Positions 54,001 through 64,000 of a stretch of DNA of 64,000 bases are shown piece after piece. Under the pieces are notes generated by a model, which did not search any database, was not told where the DNA came from, and saw only the letters and a program-made list of their open reading frames with translations. The number at the start of each line of letters is the position of its first letter. Positions within the stretch are counted from its first letter, which is position 1. Both the position numbers and the translations under genes were made by a program. The DNA is from Candidatus Atelocyanobacterium thalassae (GTDB lineage Bacteria; Cyanobacteriota; Cyanobacteriia; Cyanobacteriales; Microcystaceae): NCBI GenBank assembly GCA_051971635.1, contig JBFPLN010000004.1, forward strand, positions 64,001 through 128,000, given 5' to 3'.

Positions 54001-54984
54001 ATGACAGAAACACTACTATTTAACGCGTTACGTCAAGCTATTGACGAAGAAATGGAACGAGATAATACAGTTTTTATCTTAGGGGAAGATGTGGGTCATT
54101 ATGGAGGTTCTTACAAAGTTACAAAAGACCTTTCGCAAAAATATGGTGAGCTTAGAGTTTTAGATACTCCGATAGCTGAGAATAGTTTCATGGGAATGGC
54201 TGTGGGCGCTGCCATGGCAGGATTGAAGCCTATTGTGGAAGGAATGAACATGGGCTTTTTATTGTTAGCTTTCAATCAAATTTCTAATAATGCAGGAATG
54301 TTAAGGTATACTTCCGGTGGCAATTTTAAAATTCCCATAGTTATTCGCGGTCCTGGCGGTGTTGGGAGACAGTTAGGAGCTGAACATTCTCAGCGTTTAG
54401 AGGCTTATTTCCATGCAGTCCCAGGACTTAAAATTGTTGCTTGCTCTACTCCATACAATGCTAAAGGGCTACTTAAAGCAGCTATTCGGGACGAAAATCC
54501 TGTTCTTTTTTTTGAGCATGTTTTACTATATAATCTCAAAGAAGAACTCCCTGATGAAGAATATGTTCTTGCTTTAGATAAGGCAGAAATTGTACATTCC
54601 GGAGAAGATATAACTATTCTTACTTATTCTCGCATGCGACATCATTGTATACAGGCATTAAAAACAATTGAAGAAGCAGGGTACTCCCCTGAAATAATTG
54701 ATTTAATTTCCCTTAAGCCATTTGATCTTGAGACTATCGGAAATTCGATTCGAAAGACTCATAAAGTTCTTATCGTAGAGGAATGCATGAAAACAAGTGG
54801 TATTGCTGCAGAGTTAATTGCCTTAATTACAGAAAATTTTTTTGATGAGTTGGATGCTCCTATCGTACGATTATCGTCTCAAGATATTCCAACACCTTAC
54901 AACGGAACGTTAGAAAAGTTGACAATAGTACAACCTTCTCAAATTGCTTCATCAGTGGACAAAATAATGAAGCTGCATATTTAA
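54001..54984 (+). CDS. pdhB: pyruvate dehydrogenase E1 beta
   Basis: [33 protein letters not shown]. Confidence 0.97.
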   Translation: MTETLLFNALRQAIDEEMERDNTVFILGEDVGHYGGSYKVTKDLSQKYGELRVLDTPIAENSFMGMAVGAAMAGLKPIVEGMNMGFLLLAFNQISNNAGMLRYTSGGNFKIPIVIRGPGGVGRQLGAEHSQRLEAYFHAVPGLKIVACSTPYNAKGLLKAAIRDENPVLFFEHVLLYNLKEELPDEEYVLALDKAEIVHSGEDITILTYSRMRHHCIQALKTIEEAGYSPEIIDLISLKPFDLETIGNSIRKTHKVLIVEECMKTSGIAAELIALITENFFDELDAPIVRLSSQDIPTPYNGTLEKLTIVQPSQIASSVDKIMKLHI

Positions 54985-55006
54985 CTTTTTATTTGCAAAT
55001 AACTAT

Positions 55007-56419
55007 ATGAAACAACAACGTTTGTTGATCGTTTTTATTGTTGCTCTTTTAACCAGTGCAATTACCTTCCTTAATATTATGCCTCTGCAATTAGGACTCG
55101 ACCTTAAAGGTGGTAGCCAACTAACTATACAACTTAAACCAACTGAGGATATTAAAAATATTGTTCAAGAAGATTTAGAAGCAGCAAAGACTGTTCTCGA
55201 GAATCGAGTTAATGGTTTAGGGGTAGCTGAACCTATTGTTCAGACTTTAGGAAAAGATAAAATTGTTATCCAATTACCAGGAGTTACAAATCCAGAACAG
55301 GCAGAAAGAGTCTTAGGAGGAACAGCACAGTTAGACTTCCGCGAGCAACGTAAAGGCACTGAAGGACAGTTAAGTGCAGAATTTAGAATAAGGCAACAAA
55401 AGAATATAGAATTAAATACACTTAGACAAGAAAAGACTGGCTTAGAGGTAAAAAAACGTATTGTTAAGTTAACGGAATCGATAAATTTATCCAATCAAGC
55501 AATACTAAAACTATTCGATTCTGTTGGTTTATCAGGTAAAAATTTAAAGAATGCTCGTTATGGACCAAGCCAAGGAACTGAATGGCAGGTGATTATCGAC
55601 TTTGACAATGAAGGAGAAGAAAAATTTGCTAATTTAACAAAGAAAGTTGCAGGTACTGGACGTAGTATTGGGATCTTTTTAGATGATGTATTAATCAGTG
55701 CACCCGTAGTTAGTCCTCAATTCGCTGTTACAGGTATTACTGGAGGCAGTGCAGTAATTACGGGTAATTTTACTGCAGAAAGTGCTAATGAAATGGCTGT
55801 TCAATTACGCGGAGGTTCTCTACCTTTCCCAGTACAAGTTGTCGAAAATCGAACTGTTGGTGCGACTCTAGGGCAAGATAGTGTTCGTCGAAGTATCTAT
55901 GCTATTATAGCTGGCCTAATTCTTGTCTTAATTTTTATGATAATTTATTATCGTTTATCAGGTGCTTTAGCTAATATAGCTTTATTGATTTATGCTACTT
56001 TAACCTTAGCCTCTTATTCTCTAATTGGAGTAACATTAACTTTACCTGGTATAGCAGGATTTATTTTAAGTATTGGCATGGCAGTAGATGCTAATATTTT
56101 AGTATTTGAGAGAATTCGTGAGGAACTGCAAAGTGGAAAGACCCTTTATGCTGGAGTAGAATCTGGTTTTTATCGCGCATTTTCTAGTATTTTAGATAGT
56201 AATATAACTACTTTAATTGCATGTGGAGCTTTATTTGGTTTGGGGTCTGGATTAGTTAAAGGATTTGCTCTCACTTTAGCTATTGGAGTATTAATTAGTA
56301 TGTTTACAGCATTAACTTGCACACGTACTTTATTATTAACTACAGTTTTAAAATTTCCTTTCGTTAGAAAGAATCCTAAATTTTTTTGTCCTAATCTTTT
56401 AACAACTTCAAAGTTTTAG
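55007..56419 (+). CDS. secD: protein translocase subunit SecD
   Basis: LGLDLKGG, RVNGLGV.EP, VGATLG, TLPGIAG.ILSIGMAVDAN, ILDSNITT. Confidence 0.96.
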   Translation: MKQQRLLIVFIVALLTSAITFLNIMPLQLGLDLKGGSQLTIQLKPTEDIKNIVQEDLEAAKTVLENRVNGLGVAEPIVQTLGKDKIVIQLPGVTNPEQAERVLGGTAQLDFREQRKGTEGQLSAEFRIRQQKNIELNTLRQEKTGLEVKKRIVKLTESINLSNQAILKLFDSVGLSGKNLKNARYGPSQGTEWQVIIDFDNEGEEKFANLTKKVAGTGRSIGIFLDDVLISAPVVSPQFAVTGITGGSAVITGNFTAESANEMAVQLRGGSLPFPVQVVENRTVGATLGQDSVRRSIYAIIAGLILVLIFMIIYYRLSGALANIALLIYATLTLASYSLIGVTLTLPGIAGFILSIGMAVDANILVFERIREELQSGKTLYAGVESGFYRAFSSILDSNITTLIACGALFGLGSGLVKGFALTLAIGVLISMFTALTCTRTLLLTTVLKFPFVRKNPKFFCPNLLTTSKF

Positions 56420-56480
56420 CGAATGTTTAATATGCAAGATTTTACATTTTTATTCTTTAGTATTTTTAAAATAGTTAACT

Positions 56481-57416
56481 ATGAAATTAAATATAATTAA
56501 ATGGAGACGAGTATGGTGGCTCATATCTTCAATAGTAATTATAAGTAGTATTATTGGGATGATTATTTCGTACTCCAAATTTAAAGCTCCTTTAAAATTA
56601 GGATTAGATTTTGTTGGAGGTACCAGGCTTCAATTACAACTAGAATGTGAGACGCAAAAAAAATGTATTGTACCAATTGATACAAAGATAGTCCGAGATG
56701 TATTATCTACTAGAAATCTAGATGATAATACTATTCAAGTTCTAGAAAACAATACTCTTTCTATTCAAACTAAAGCACTTGATGTAGAGGAAAGAACTGA
56801 GTTACAAAAAGAATTAAATGATAAAGTTGGAATCTTTAATTACGAAACAATTCAGATAGATACTGTAGGTCCTACTATCGGCTGGGAACTTTTTAAATCT
56901 GGAATTTTGGCTTTGCTAGTATCTTTTTTAGGTATAGTTCTTTATTTAAGTGTTCGCTTCAAGATTGATTATGCATTTTTTGCTATCTTAGCGTTAGTAC
57001 ATGATGTTTTAATCACAGTTGGCTTTTTCTCTTTTCTAGGATTATTTGCTTCAATAGAAGTTAATAGCTTATTTTTGGTTTCTTTGTTAACTATAATAGG
57101 ATTTTCTGTGAATGATACTGTTGTGATTTACGACCGTATTAGAGAAAATATAGATAGGTTTGGTGAAGAGCTTTCTTTAAGTGAAATAGTAAATAATTCT
57201 GTCAATCAAACTTTATCAAGATCCATTAATACTACTGCTACAACTTTGCTACCTCTTTTAAGTCTTTTCCTTTTTGGGGGGGAAACAATAAAGTATTTTG
57301 CTCTCGCTTTAATTTTAGGTTTTTCAGTAGGCTCTTATTCTAGTATTTTTATCGCAAGCACTTTACTTGCATGGTGGCGTGAGCCTAAGATATCAAATAT
57401 CAAATCAATAAGTTAA
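56481..57416 (+). CDS. secF: protein translocase subunit SecF
   Basis: GLDFVGG, VGPTIG, ALVHDV, GFSVNDTVVIYDRIRE, RSINT, YSSIFIA. Confidence 0.96.
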   Translation: MKLNIIKWRRVWWLISSIVIISSIIGMIISYSKFKAPLKLGLDFVGGTRLQLQLECETQKKCIVPIDTKIVRDVLSTRNLDDNTIQVLENNTLSIQTKALDVEERTELQKELNDKVGIFNYETIQIDTVGPTIGWELFKSGILALLVSFLGIVLYLSVRFKIDYAFFAILALVHDVLITVGFFSFLGLFASIEVNSLFLVSLLTIIGFSVNDTVVIYDRIRENIDRFGEELSLSEIVNNSVNQTLSRSINTTATTLLPLLSLFLFGGETIKYFALALILGFSVGSYSSIFIASTLLAWWREPKISNIKSIS

Positions 57417-57737
57417 GTAAGTTAATATTTAATATTGATAGATTGCTAAAGATATTAGAATACATTTTCTTTATTATTAATTTCAAGAGCAATGAATTAT
57501 TTCTGATAAATATAAATGCAATAACTTTTAATATGTTAAAAGCATCTCGTATTTAAATAAAATAATTTTAAGTTTAGTCTTATAAATTAAGCCTAAAAAC
57601 TATATTTATAGATTAAACAACTCTTGCAAAAAGAACGACACAATTTATATAAAAATTGTTTATGTATCATAAATTTATTTTTTCTATGGAAAAAAGTAGG
57701 TTTCTAGTATATAATAAGAGTCTGACTTATAAATTAA

Positions 57738-57824
57738 GGAGAGATGGCCGAGCGGTTGAAGGCGCAGCACTGGAAATGCTGTTTAGGGGTAACTTTAACG
57801 AGGGTTCGAATCCCTCTCTCTCCG
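57738..57824 (+). tRNA. trnS: tRNA-Ser(GGA)
   Basis: GGAGAGA/TCTCTCC acceptor, CAGCA-CTGGAAA-TGCTG anticodon arm, long variable arm, GGTTCGAATCC; CCA not encoded. Confidence 0.97.
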
Positions 57825-57828
57825 TTTT

Positions 57829-57860
57829 TAAAAGCTAATTAATATATTAATTAGCTTTTA
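57829..57860. terminator. 32-bp perfect palindrome after tRNA-Ser
   Basis: TAAAAGCTAATTAATA|TATTAATTAGCTTTTA. Confidence 0.75.
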
Positions 57861-58072
57861 TTTAATTTAATTCGTAAATAAGTAAAGTTTTTGAAATATA
57901 TTTTTATCTTAAATATTTTGCATTAATAATATGCGAACTAATAGATAGTCTAAATGTAAGAGAATATAAGTATAAATTAGTGTTATTTAAAGAAAAGAAA
58001 GTTACTCAAGCTAAATTTTATTTCTAAATTAATATAGTCTTTGTTTTTTTAGCTATGTTCTATAATGAAACA

Positions 58073-59116
58073 TCATTTATAGAGTTTCATTATTTCGGAG
58101 ATTTTTAGTCGAGATTGCACTTCAAGATTCCAAGAAGATTTACGACCTTGTGCCAAATGATCAGCAGCAGCGCAAGCTATCATAGCAGCATTATCTGTAC
58201 ATAGTTCAAGAGGAGGATAATAAATTTTTAAATCATACTTTTCAGCAGATTTTACAAGATGGCTTCTCAAGCCACTATTAGCAGCGACACCTCCACCAAT
58301 AGCAATACGACTTATGTTGTGGTCGGTAGCACATCTAATAGTTTTTTTAACTAACGAGGAGATTATTGTTTCTTGAAAACTCGCTGCTATATCAGCGACA
58401 GGTAAAGTACCATTTTGTTCTTTTTTGAATTTTTCTACTAGCCTTAAAACGGCTGTTTTAAGGCCGCTAAAACTTGAATCATAAGGATGATATCCTCCTT
58501 GAGGCAAAGATATTCTACCTTCTGGCAAATTAAATTTTTTTGGATTACCTGTAGATGCTAACTTATCGATAATTGGACCACCTGGATAGCCTAAGTTCAA
58601 TAGACGAGCTACTTTATCAAAAGCTTCTCCAGCAGCATCATCACGAGTTGCTCCTAATTCTTTATAAAGTCCATAATTTTCAACATGGATAAGACTAGTA
58701 TGGCCTCCTGAAACTAACAAACAGAGGAATGGAGGTTTTAAATCAGTTTTGCATAGAAAATTTGCATAAATATGGCCTTCTAAATGATGGATACCTAAAA
58801 ATGGTTTTTCATATATCATGGAGAGTGTCTTCGCAGCTGTTTCTCCTATCATCAATGCTCCGACAAGTCCTGGGGCGACTGTCGCAGCAATTCCATCAAT
58901 CTCATCCCAATCTAATTTTGCATTTTGTAAAGCCTGATCAATACAATGGTTAATATTTAGCAAATGTTCGCGAGATGCTACTTCAGGAACTATTCCCCCA
59001 TAATGATTGTGAAGTTCATTTTGGCTGGCAACAATATTACTATAAATTTTTTTATCGTTAACAATAGCTACAGAAGTATCATCACAACTAGTTTCAATAG
59101 CTAATATAGTTGCCAT
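58073..59116 (-). CDS. tsaD: tRNA N6-adenosine threonylcarbamoyltransferase
   Basis: ILAIETSCDDT, GGIVPEVASREH, HHLEGH, VSGGHT, DDAAGEAFDK, CTDNAAMI. Confidence 0.97.
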   Translation of the reverse strand: MATILAIETSCDDTSVAIVNDKKIYSNIVASQNELHNHYGGIVPEVASREHLLNINHCIDQALQNAKLDWDEIDGIAATVAPGLVGALMIGETAAKTLSMIYEKPFLGIHHLEGHIYANFLCKTDLKPPFLCLLVSGGHTSLIHVENYGLYKELGATRDDAAGEAFDKVARLLNLGYPGGPIIDKLASTGNPKKFNLPEGRISLPQGGYHPYDSSFSGLKTAVLRLVEKFKKEQNGTLPVADIAASFQETIISSLVKKTIRCATDHNISRIAIGGGVAANSGLRSHLVKSAEKYDLKIYYPPLELCTDNAAMIACAAADHLAQGRKSSWNLEVQSRLKISEIMKLYK

Positions 59117-59427
59117 AGTTATTAATATTATTTACTCTTTATATTACTTAAATAATAACTTAGAAAGTGTTGATAAGTTCTGAATGTTGTGAAAAATAAA
59201 AAAACAAGTTTATGAAATAAAATTTAGATATTAAGCTATTTACAAAGTAATCATTATTTTGGTTCTTAAAAGGTATTAAAAATAAAAGCTATAAAGTAAA
59301 TAGAAATTATCAAGTATTTCAGACCCTTTAATAAATTATGAGTATGTATTATCCATAAAGAAGCAGAAGATAATTAAAATATATTGTTACACTTAGTAAA
59401 GATTAAAAAATATCAGCTATTAAAATC

Positions 59428-60591
59428 ATGGGTCGTGTTGGGGTTTTATTACTAAATTTGGGTGGGCCAGAACAATTAAAGGATGTTCGCCCTTTTCTCT
59501 TTAATTTGTTTTCTGATCCAGATATTGTACGCTTACCTTTTCCATGGCTACAAAAACCTTTAGCTTGGCTTATTTCTGCTTTAAGAACCAATAAATCTCA
59601 AAATAATTATCGTCAAATTGGAGGAGGTTCTCCACTAAGAAAAATAACGGAAGCTCAAGGAAAAGCACTTGCTAAAAAACTTGTAGAGTATGGAAAAAAA
59701 ATAGATGTTTATGTAGGAATGCGTTACTGGCACCCTTTTACAGAAGAAGCTATTAGTTATATCAAGCATGATTGCCCAGATAAGTTAGTTATTCTTCCTC
59801 TATATCCACAATTTTCAATAAGTACAAGTGGCTCTAGTTTTCGTATGCTTGAGAAAATATGGCAAACTGATCCTGTATTAAGACAAATTGAATATACTTT
59901 AATACCTTCTTGGTACGATAATCCTAACTATTTGAAAGCCATGGCCGATTTAATTATTAAAGAATTAAACAAGTGCTCTAACCCAGAACAAGTACATATT
60001 TTTTTCAGTGCTCATGGTGTACCACAAAGTTATGTAGAAGAGGCTGGAGATCCTTATCAAGCAGAAATTGAAGCTTGCACTCACTTGTTAATGAGTACAA
60101 TCAATCGCTCAAATGCTTATACCTTAGCTTATCAAAGTAAAGTTGGCCCAGTAGAATGGTTAAAGCCATATGCTGAAGATGCTCTTCAGGCATTAGGAGG
60201 ACAAGGGATAAAAGATTTACTAGTAGTTCCCATTAGTTTTGTTTCTGAACATATTGAAACTCTTCAAGAAATTGATATTGAATATCGTGAAGCTGCTGAA
60301 AAAGCAGGAATTTATAATTTCTCTAGAGTTCCAGCTTTAAATACGCATCCTATTTTCATAGATGCTTTAGCTGAGTTGGTTATCCATTCTTTGGAAAAGC
60401 CTCCAGTTACTTTTAAATGCATAACTCATCCAAGAGAAAATATTGTAATATATCCTAAAAAGTCCTGGCAATGGGGTATAACGAATACTGCAGAAGTGTG
60501 GAATGGTAGATTGGCTATGTTAGGATTTATTGGTCTTTTGTTTGAATTAATAAGTGGACATGGCATCCTACATTATTTAGGAATTTTATAA
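59428..60591 (+). CDS. hemH: ferrochelatase with C-terminal CAB domain
   Basis: [38 protein letters not shown]-terminal [12 protein letters not shown]. Confidence 0.96.
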   Translation: MGRVGVLLLNLGGPEQLKDVRPFLFNLFSDPDIVRLPFPWLQKPLAWLISALRTNKSQNNYRQIGGGSPLRKITEAQGKALAKKLVEYGKKIDVYVGMRYWHPFTEEAISYIKHDCPDKLVILPLYPQFSISTSGSSFRMLEKIWQTDPVLRQIEYTLIPSWYDNPNYLKAMADLIIKELNKCSNPEQVHIFFSAHGVPQSYVEEAGDPYQAEIEACTHLLMSTINRSNAYTLAYQSKVGPVEWLKPYAEDALQALGGQGIKDLLVVPISFVSEHIETLQEIDIEYREAAEKAGIYNFSRVPALNTHPIFIDALAELVIHSLEKPPVTFKCITHPRENIVIYPKKSWQWGITNTAEVWNGRLAMLGFIGLLFELISGHGILHYLGIL

Positions 60592-60659
60592 AAGAATGTA
60601 CTATCTGATTCTAACTTTCTAGTTAAGTAGATAACATAAATCGTTTCACTTTATTATTT

Positions 60660-61553
60660 TTATAAATGATATATGTTGTTTGTAATAATTCCCGCTAATA
60701 ATATTAAACCTAAATATACATTTTCTTTAAAAATTTGTTCATATAATTTCTGTGAAATACTAGGAGATCTTAAGAGAATACATTGTCTGGACCACATTGC
60801 TGAAGCTATGAACCATGATATCCAGAAGAAGAAATTTAATTGCATAATTATTGCTAAATAAGCCCAGAGAAGTGCTGTAAAAGCAAAAATATAGGTTATG
60901 ACATTTTCTACGTGTCGGCCAAAAAACAGAGCACTGGAATTAATACCAATCTCTCTATCATCGTCTCTATCAGACATTGCGTAAACTGTATCAAAACCTA
61001 ATGTCCAGAGAACAGTTATCGTCCATAAAATAAAAGTATGAAATTCCAACTTTTGAGTTACTGAAGTCCAGCTAATGAGAACTGCAAATCCCCAGGATAA
61101 AGATAAAACTAATTGAGGAATTGGAAAAAACTTTTTTGCTAGAGGGTAGCAGACGATAAATGGTACAGCTAAAATACATAACCAAAAACTTAAAGTATTT
61201 AAATAAAGGGATAAAACTAATGCACAGGTTAAAGAAATAAAAGCAGTGACAATACCAACTTTAATAGATAAAGTTCGTGATGCAAGAGGACGATTTTTAG
61301 TCCTCTTTACTTGGGGATCAATATTTCTGTCCCAAAGATCATTAATGACACATCCTGCTGCACTAGTGGATAATGATCCTAATATAATAATTAGTATCAA
61401 AGATGATGGAGGAAAACCTTCTGATGCTAAAAAAATCGCCCATAAAGCAGGGATCATTAAAATTAATCTTCCCGTAGGTTTATCCCATCTTAATAACTGA
61501 ATGATGGATAGCCAGGTAGATTTTGTTGTAAACAGAAATTGAGAATTTGACAT
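60660..61553 (-). CDS. ubiA: 4-hydroxybenzoate solanesyltransferase (plastoquinone synthesis)
   Basis: LLRWDKPTG, AGCVINDLWDRNID..V.RT..RPLA, FDTVYAMSDRDDD..IG. Confidence 0.92.
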   Translation of the reverse strand: MSNSQFLFTTKSTWLSIIQLLRWDKPTGRLILMIPALWAIFLASEGFPPSSLILIIILGSLSTSAAGCVINDLWDRNIDPQVKRTKNRPLASRTLSIKVGIVTAFISLTCALVLSLYLNTLSFWLCILAVPFIVCYPLAKKFFPIPQLVLSLSWGFAVLISWTSVTQKLEFHTFILWTITVLWTLGFDTVYAMSDRDDDREIGINSSALFFGRHVENVITYIFAFTALLWAYLAIIMQLNFFFWISWFIASAMWSRQCILLRSPSISQKLYEQIFKENVYLGLILLAGIITNNIYHL

Positions 61554-62015
61554 ATTCTTTAAGTCTAATGCTATTATTTTGTATGGAAATTATTTTAAAT
61601 ATAAATCAAAATTTAAAATATAAAAGTTTTCTAGCTTTATATTATCTATAAGTCTTTTATTTCAAAAGATTGGTAGAAATCAAGTGATTTCTTGCAAAGA
61701 AGAAGATTTTTGAAAAATATTTTATGTAACAAAAATTATACTTTTAATCCATATTAAAAACATAATTTAATGTATTCTTTTCGTAGTAATTTAAATCTAC
61801 AAAATAATAAAGTTTTTATACTCAAGATTTTGAATTAGCGTAAGCTTAAAAAGATCCTAACCTAAATTATTAATATAATATCTACGATACTAATAATAAG
61901 TGATTATCTATTTTTTTCAAAAATATATTAATATATGTTTAATTAATTTATAGTTTACTGTACTTGATTAAAAAAAAGTCTTAATAAAAAATAACTGTTT
62001 ATCAAATAAGTTAAG

Positions 62016-64000
62016 ATGATTTCTGAAAGTTCTTATTGGGTTCGTTTAGACAAAGCCTTATCAATTGAGATAGAAAGAGGGTTTATTAATATACAAGGTG
62101 AGCAATATCAATTCAGTGAATATTTATGTCTTAATTTTGGTCAATCACCACCTGCAAAAACATCTAATACTAAAAGAGAACGTTGGCTAAGATTTGCTTC
62201 ACAATACGCTATTTATTCTAAGTTAACTTTACCCCAAAGAAAAGAGTTAGTCATTCAAACTCGCCAATTTTTATATCAATTAAAACAAGACCTTGATATA
62301 TCCGTTAAACATTCCCATTATAAGCAACCAAAAACAAGTACCTTAATTGATGTAGAATCCAAATCTATATTATGTAATGAGCTCAATTTAGAAGGAGATT
62401 TAGGTGCCGTACAAGGAATAAGCCTTCGAAAGGCAGAGTTGTTACACAAAATAGGATTAGGAACAGTTAGAGATTTATTATTTTATTATCCTAGAGACTA
62501 TATCGACTATGCTCGTCAGGTAACAATTTCAAATATTAAAGAAGGAGAAACTGTTACCATAATTGGAAGAGTGAAGAAATGTCATTTTTTTACTAGTTCT
62601 AAAAATAAGAAACTGAGTATTTTAGAATTAATTTTGCAAGACCATACAGGAGAAATAAGATTAAATAGATTTTTTTCAGGCAATAGGTTTACCAATAAAG
62701 GATGGCAGGAAAAACAAAAGAGAAATTATATTCGGTCTACTATAATAGCAGTATCTGGATTGGTTAAACAAAATCGTTATGGTTTAACTGTAGATGACCC
62801 AGAAATAGAAATCTTAGATAACTTTAATGCAAGTATTAAATCTTGGAATATAGGTCGTATTTTACCTGTATATTCTTTAACAGAAGGAATCGGTAATGAT
62901 TTGATTCGTAAAATAATTATTGCTAATTTAAATTCTGCTAAAACGATACTAGATCCTTTACCAATATTACTTAAAAGTAAATATGATTTAATGAATTTAA
63001 AAGACGCTTTAATAAATATTCATTTTCCGAAAAGTCTAGATTTTTTAGAGCGTGCAAGACGACGCTTAATATTTGATGAATTTTTTTATTTACAATTAGG
63101 ATTTTTGAAACGCCGGCAAGAAAGAAAAATATTAAAAGATATTAATTCTTTTACGCCTAATAAATATCTAACTCACCAATTCAATAAATTTTTACCTTTT
63201 CAATTAACGAAATCTCAAAAAAGAGTAATAAATGAAATAATTAAAGATTTAGAATCATTACAATCAATGAACCGTCTTCTGCAAGGAGATGTCGGTTCAG
63301 GAAAGACTATCGTCGCAATTTTTGCGATATTAACTGTTATCGAATCTGGGTATCAAGTTGCGTTAATGGCTCCAACAGAGGTGTTAGCAGAACAGCATTA
63401 CGAGAAAATAATATCATATTTTAATCAGTTATATCTGTCTGCTGAATTATTAACAGGATCTACAAAAAAATCTAAAAGATATGAGATTTATCATCAATTA
63501 ATTACAGGTGAGTTACCACTAATTATAGGAACTCATACATTAATACAAGAACAAATAAATTTTAAAAAACTAGGTCTTATTATTATTGATGAGCAACATA
63601 GATTTGGAGTTGAACAAAGAACTAAGCTTTTAAATAAGGGCCAATCTCCTCATGTTTTAAGCATGACGGCGACTCCTATTCCACGTACTTTGGCATTAAC
63701 TTTGCATGGAGATTTAGATATAAGTCAAATTGATGAATTACCTCCTGAAAGAAAAGCTATAGAAACTAAAGTTGTAATAGGGAGTAAAAAGCAGAGAGCT
63801 TACGATCTAATAAGCCAAGAAGTTATATACGGAAGACAAGCTTATATAGTTTTTCCTATGATTGAAGAATCTGAAAAATTAGATATAAAAGCTGCAATAG
63901 AAGAACACAAAAAGCTTTCAGAAGAAATTTTTCCTAGTCTAAATATCGGCCTATTACATGGACGAATAAATGCTTCAGAAAAAAACAAAATCTTGAATGA
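62016..64000 (+). CDS. recG: ATP-dependent DNA helicase RecG (partial, runs off the window end; not in ORF track)
   Basis: Starts MISESSYWVRLDKALSIE; in-frame MNRLLQGDVGSGKT at 63267, MAPTEVLAEQH, DEQHRFG, MTATPIPRTL, LLHGR near 63951. Confidence 0.95.
   Translation, partial: MISESSYWVRLDKALSIEIERGFINIQGEQYQFSEYLCLNFGQSPPAKTSNTKRERWLRFASQYAIYSKLTLPQRKELVIQTRQFLYQLKQDLDISVKHSHYKQPKTSTLIDVESKSILCNELNLEGDLGAVQGISLRKAELLHKIGLGTVRDLLFYYPRDYIDYARQVTISNIKEGETVTIIGRVKKCHFFTSSKNKKLSILELILQDHTGEIRLNRFFSGNRFTNKGWQEKQKRNYIRSTIIAVSGLVKQNRYGLTVDDPEIEILDNFNASIKSWNIGRILPVYSLTEGIGNDLIRKIIIANLNSAKTILDPLPILLKSKYDLMNLKDALINIHFPKSLDFLERARRRLIFDEFFYLQLGFLKRRQERKILKDINSFTPNKYLTHQFNKFLPFQLTKSQKRVINEIIKDLESLQSMNRLLQGDVGSGKTIVAIFAILTVIESGYQVALMAPTEVLAEQHYEKIISYFNQLYLSAELLTGSTKKSKRYEIYHQLITGELPLIIGTHTLIQEQINFKKLGLIIIDEQHRFGVEQRTKLLNKGQSPHVLSMTATPIPRTLALTLHGDLDISQIDELPPERKAIETKVVIGSKKQRAYDLISQEVIYGRQAYIVFPMIEESEKLDIKAAIEEHKKLSEEIFPSLNIGLLHGRINASEKNKILN

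Noticed and set aside
57656..57838. 60-aa ORF in the track
   Set aside because: It overlaps tRNA-Ser(GGA) and is a translation of the tRNA gene
1333..61500. Short antisense or out-of-frame ORFs inside genes (e.g. 1333-1557, 8247-8471, 9305-9523, 9872-10150, 18194-18421, 20995-21258, 39224-39427, 46316-46552, 55240-55494, 61246-61500)
   Set aside because: They are shadows of well-supported genes and carry no motifs or RBS

Overview
This is an AT-rich (roughly 30% GC by eye), gene-dense cyanobacterial segment. I saw no mobile elements, CRISPR arrays or rRNA. It opens with the distal end of a nitrogen-fixation cluster (fdxH, hypothetical gene, fused modBC, fdxB). Housekeeping genes follow: mreBCD, ssb, psaF-psaJ, coaX, guaB, valS, pyrR, queE, rimO-crhR, dgkA, psb29, dusA, folE, accA, ndhF1, gatA, sasA, ycf65, cca, pdhB-secD-secF, tsaD, hemH, ubiA and a partial recG, plus tRNA-Val(GAC) and tRNA-Ser(GGA). 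The combination of nif genes, photosystem I genes, strong AT bias, eroded spacers and near-absence of HIP1 suggests a reduced diazotrophic symbiont of the UCYN-A (Ca. Atelocyanobacterium/nitroplast) type; this is inference. The most interesting signals are non-coding. (i) GC-rich structured 5' leaders lie upstream of SDR-folE (candidate pterin/folate-linked cis-regulatory RNA), rimO-crhR (two mutually exclusive helices, switch-like) and ycf65. (ii) Long, AT-rich, loop-less or near loop-less perfect palindromes sit at gene 3' ends, including two unrelated 58-bp ones. (iii) The two nif ferredoxins share a near-identical translation-initiation sequence. There are also signs of ongoing gene loss (cinA N-terminus, probable ybeY, trpG and feo gaps).
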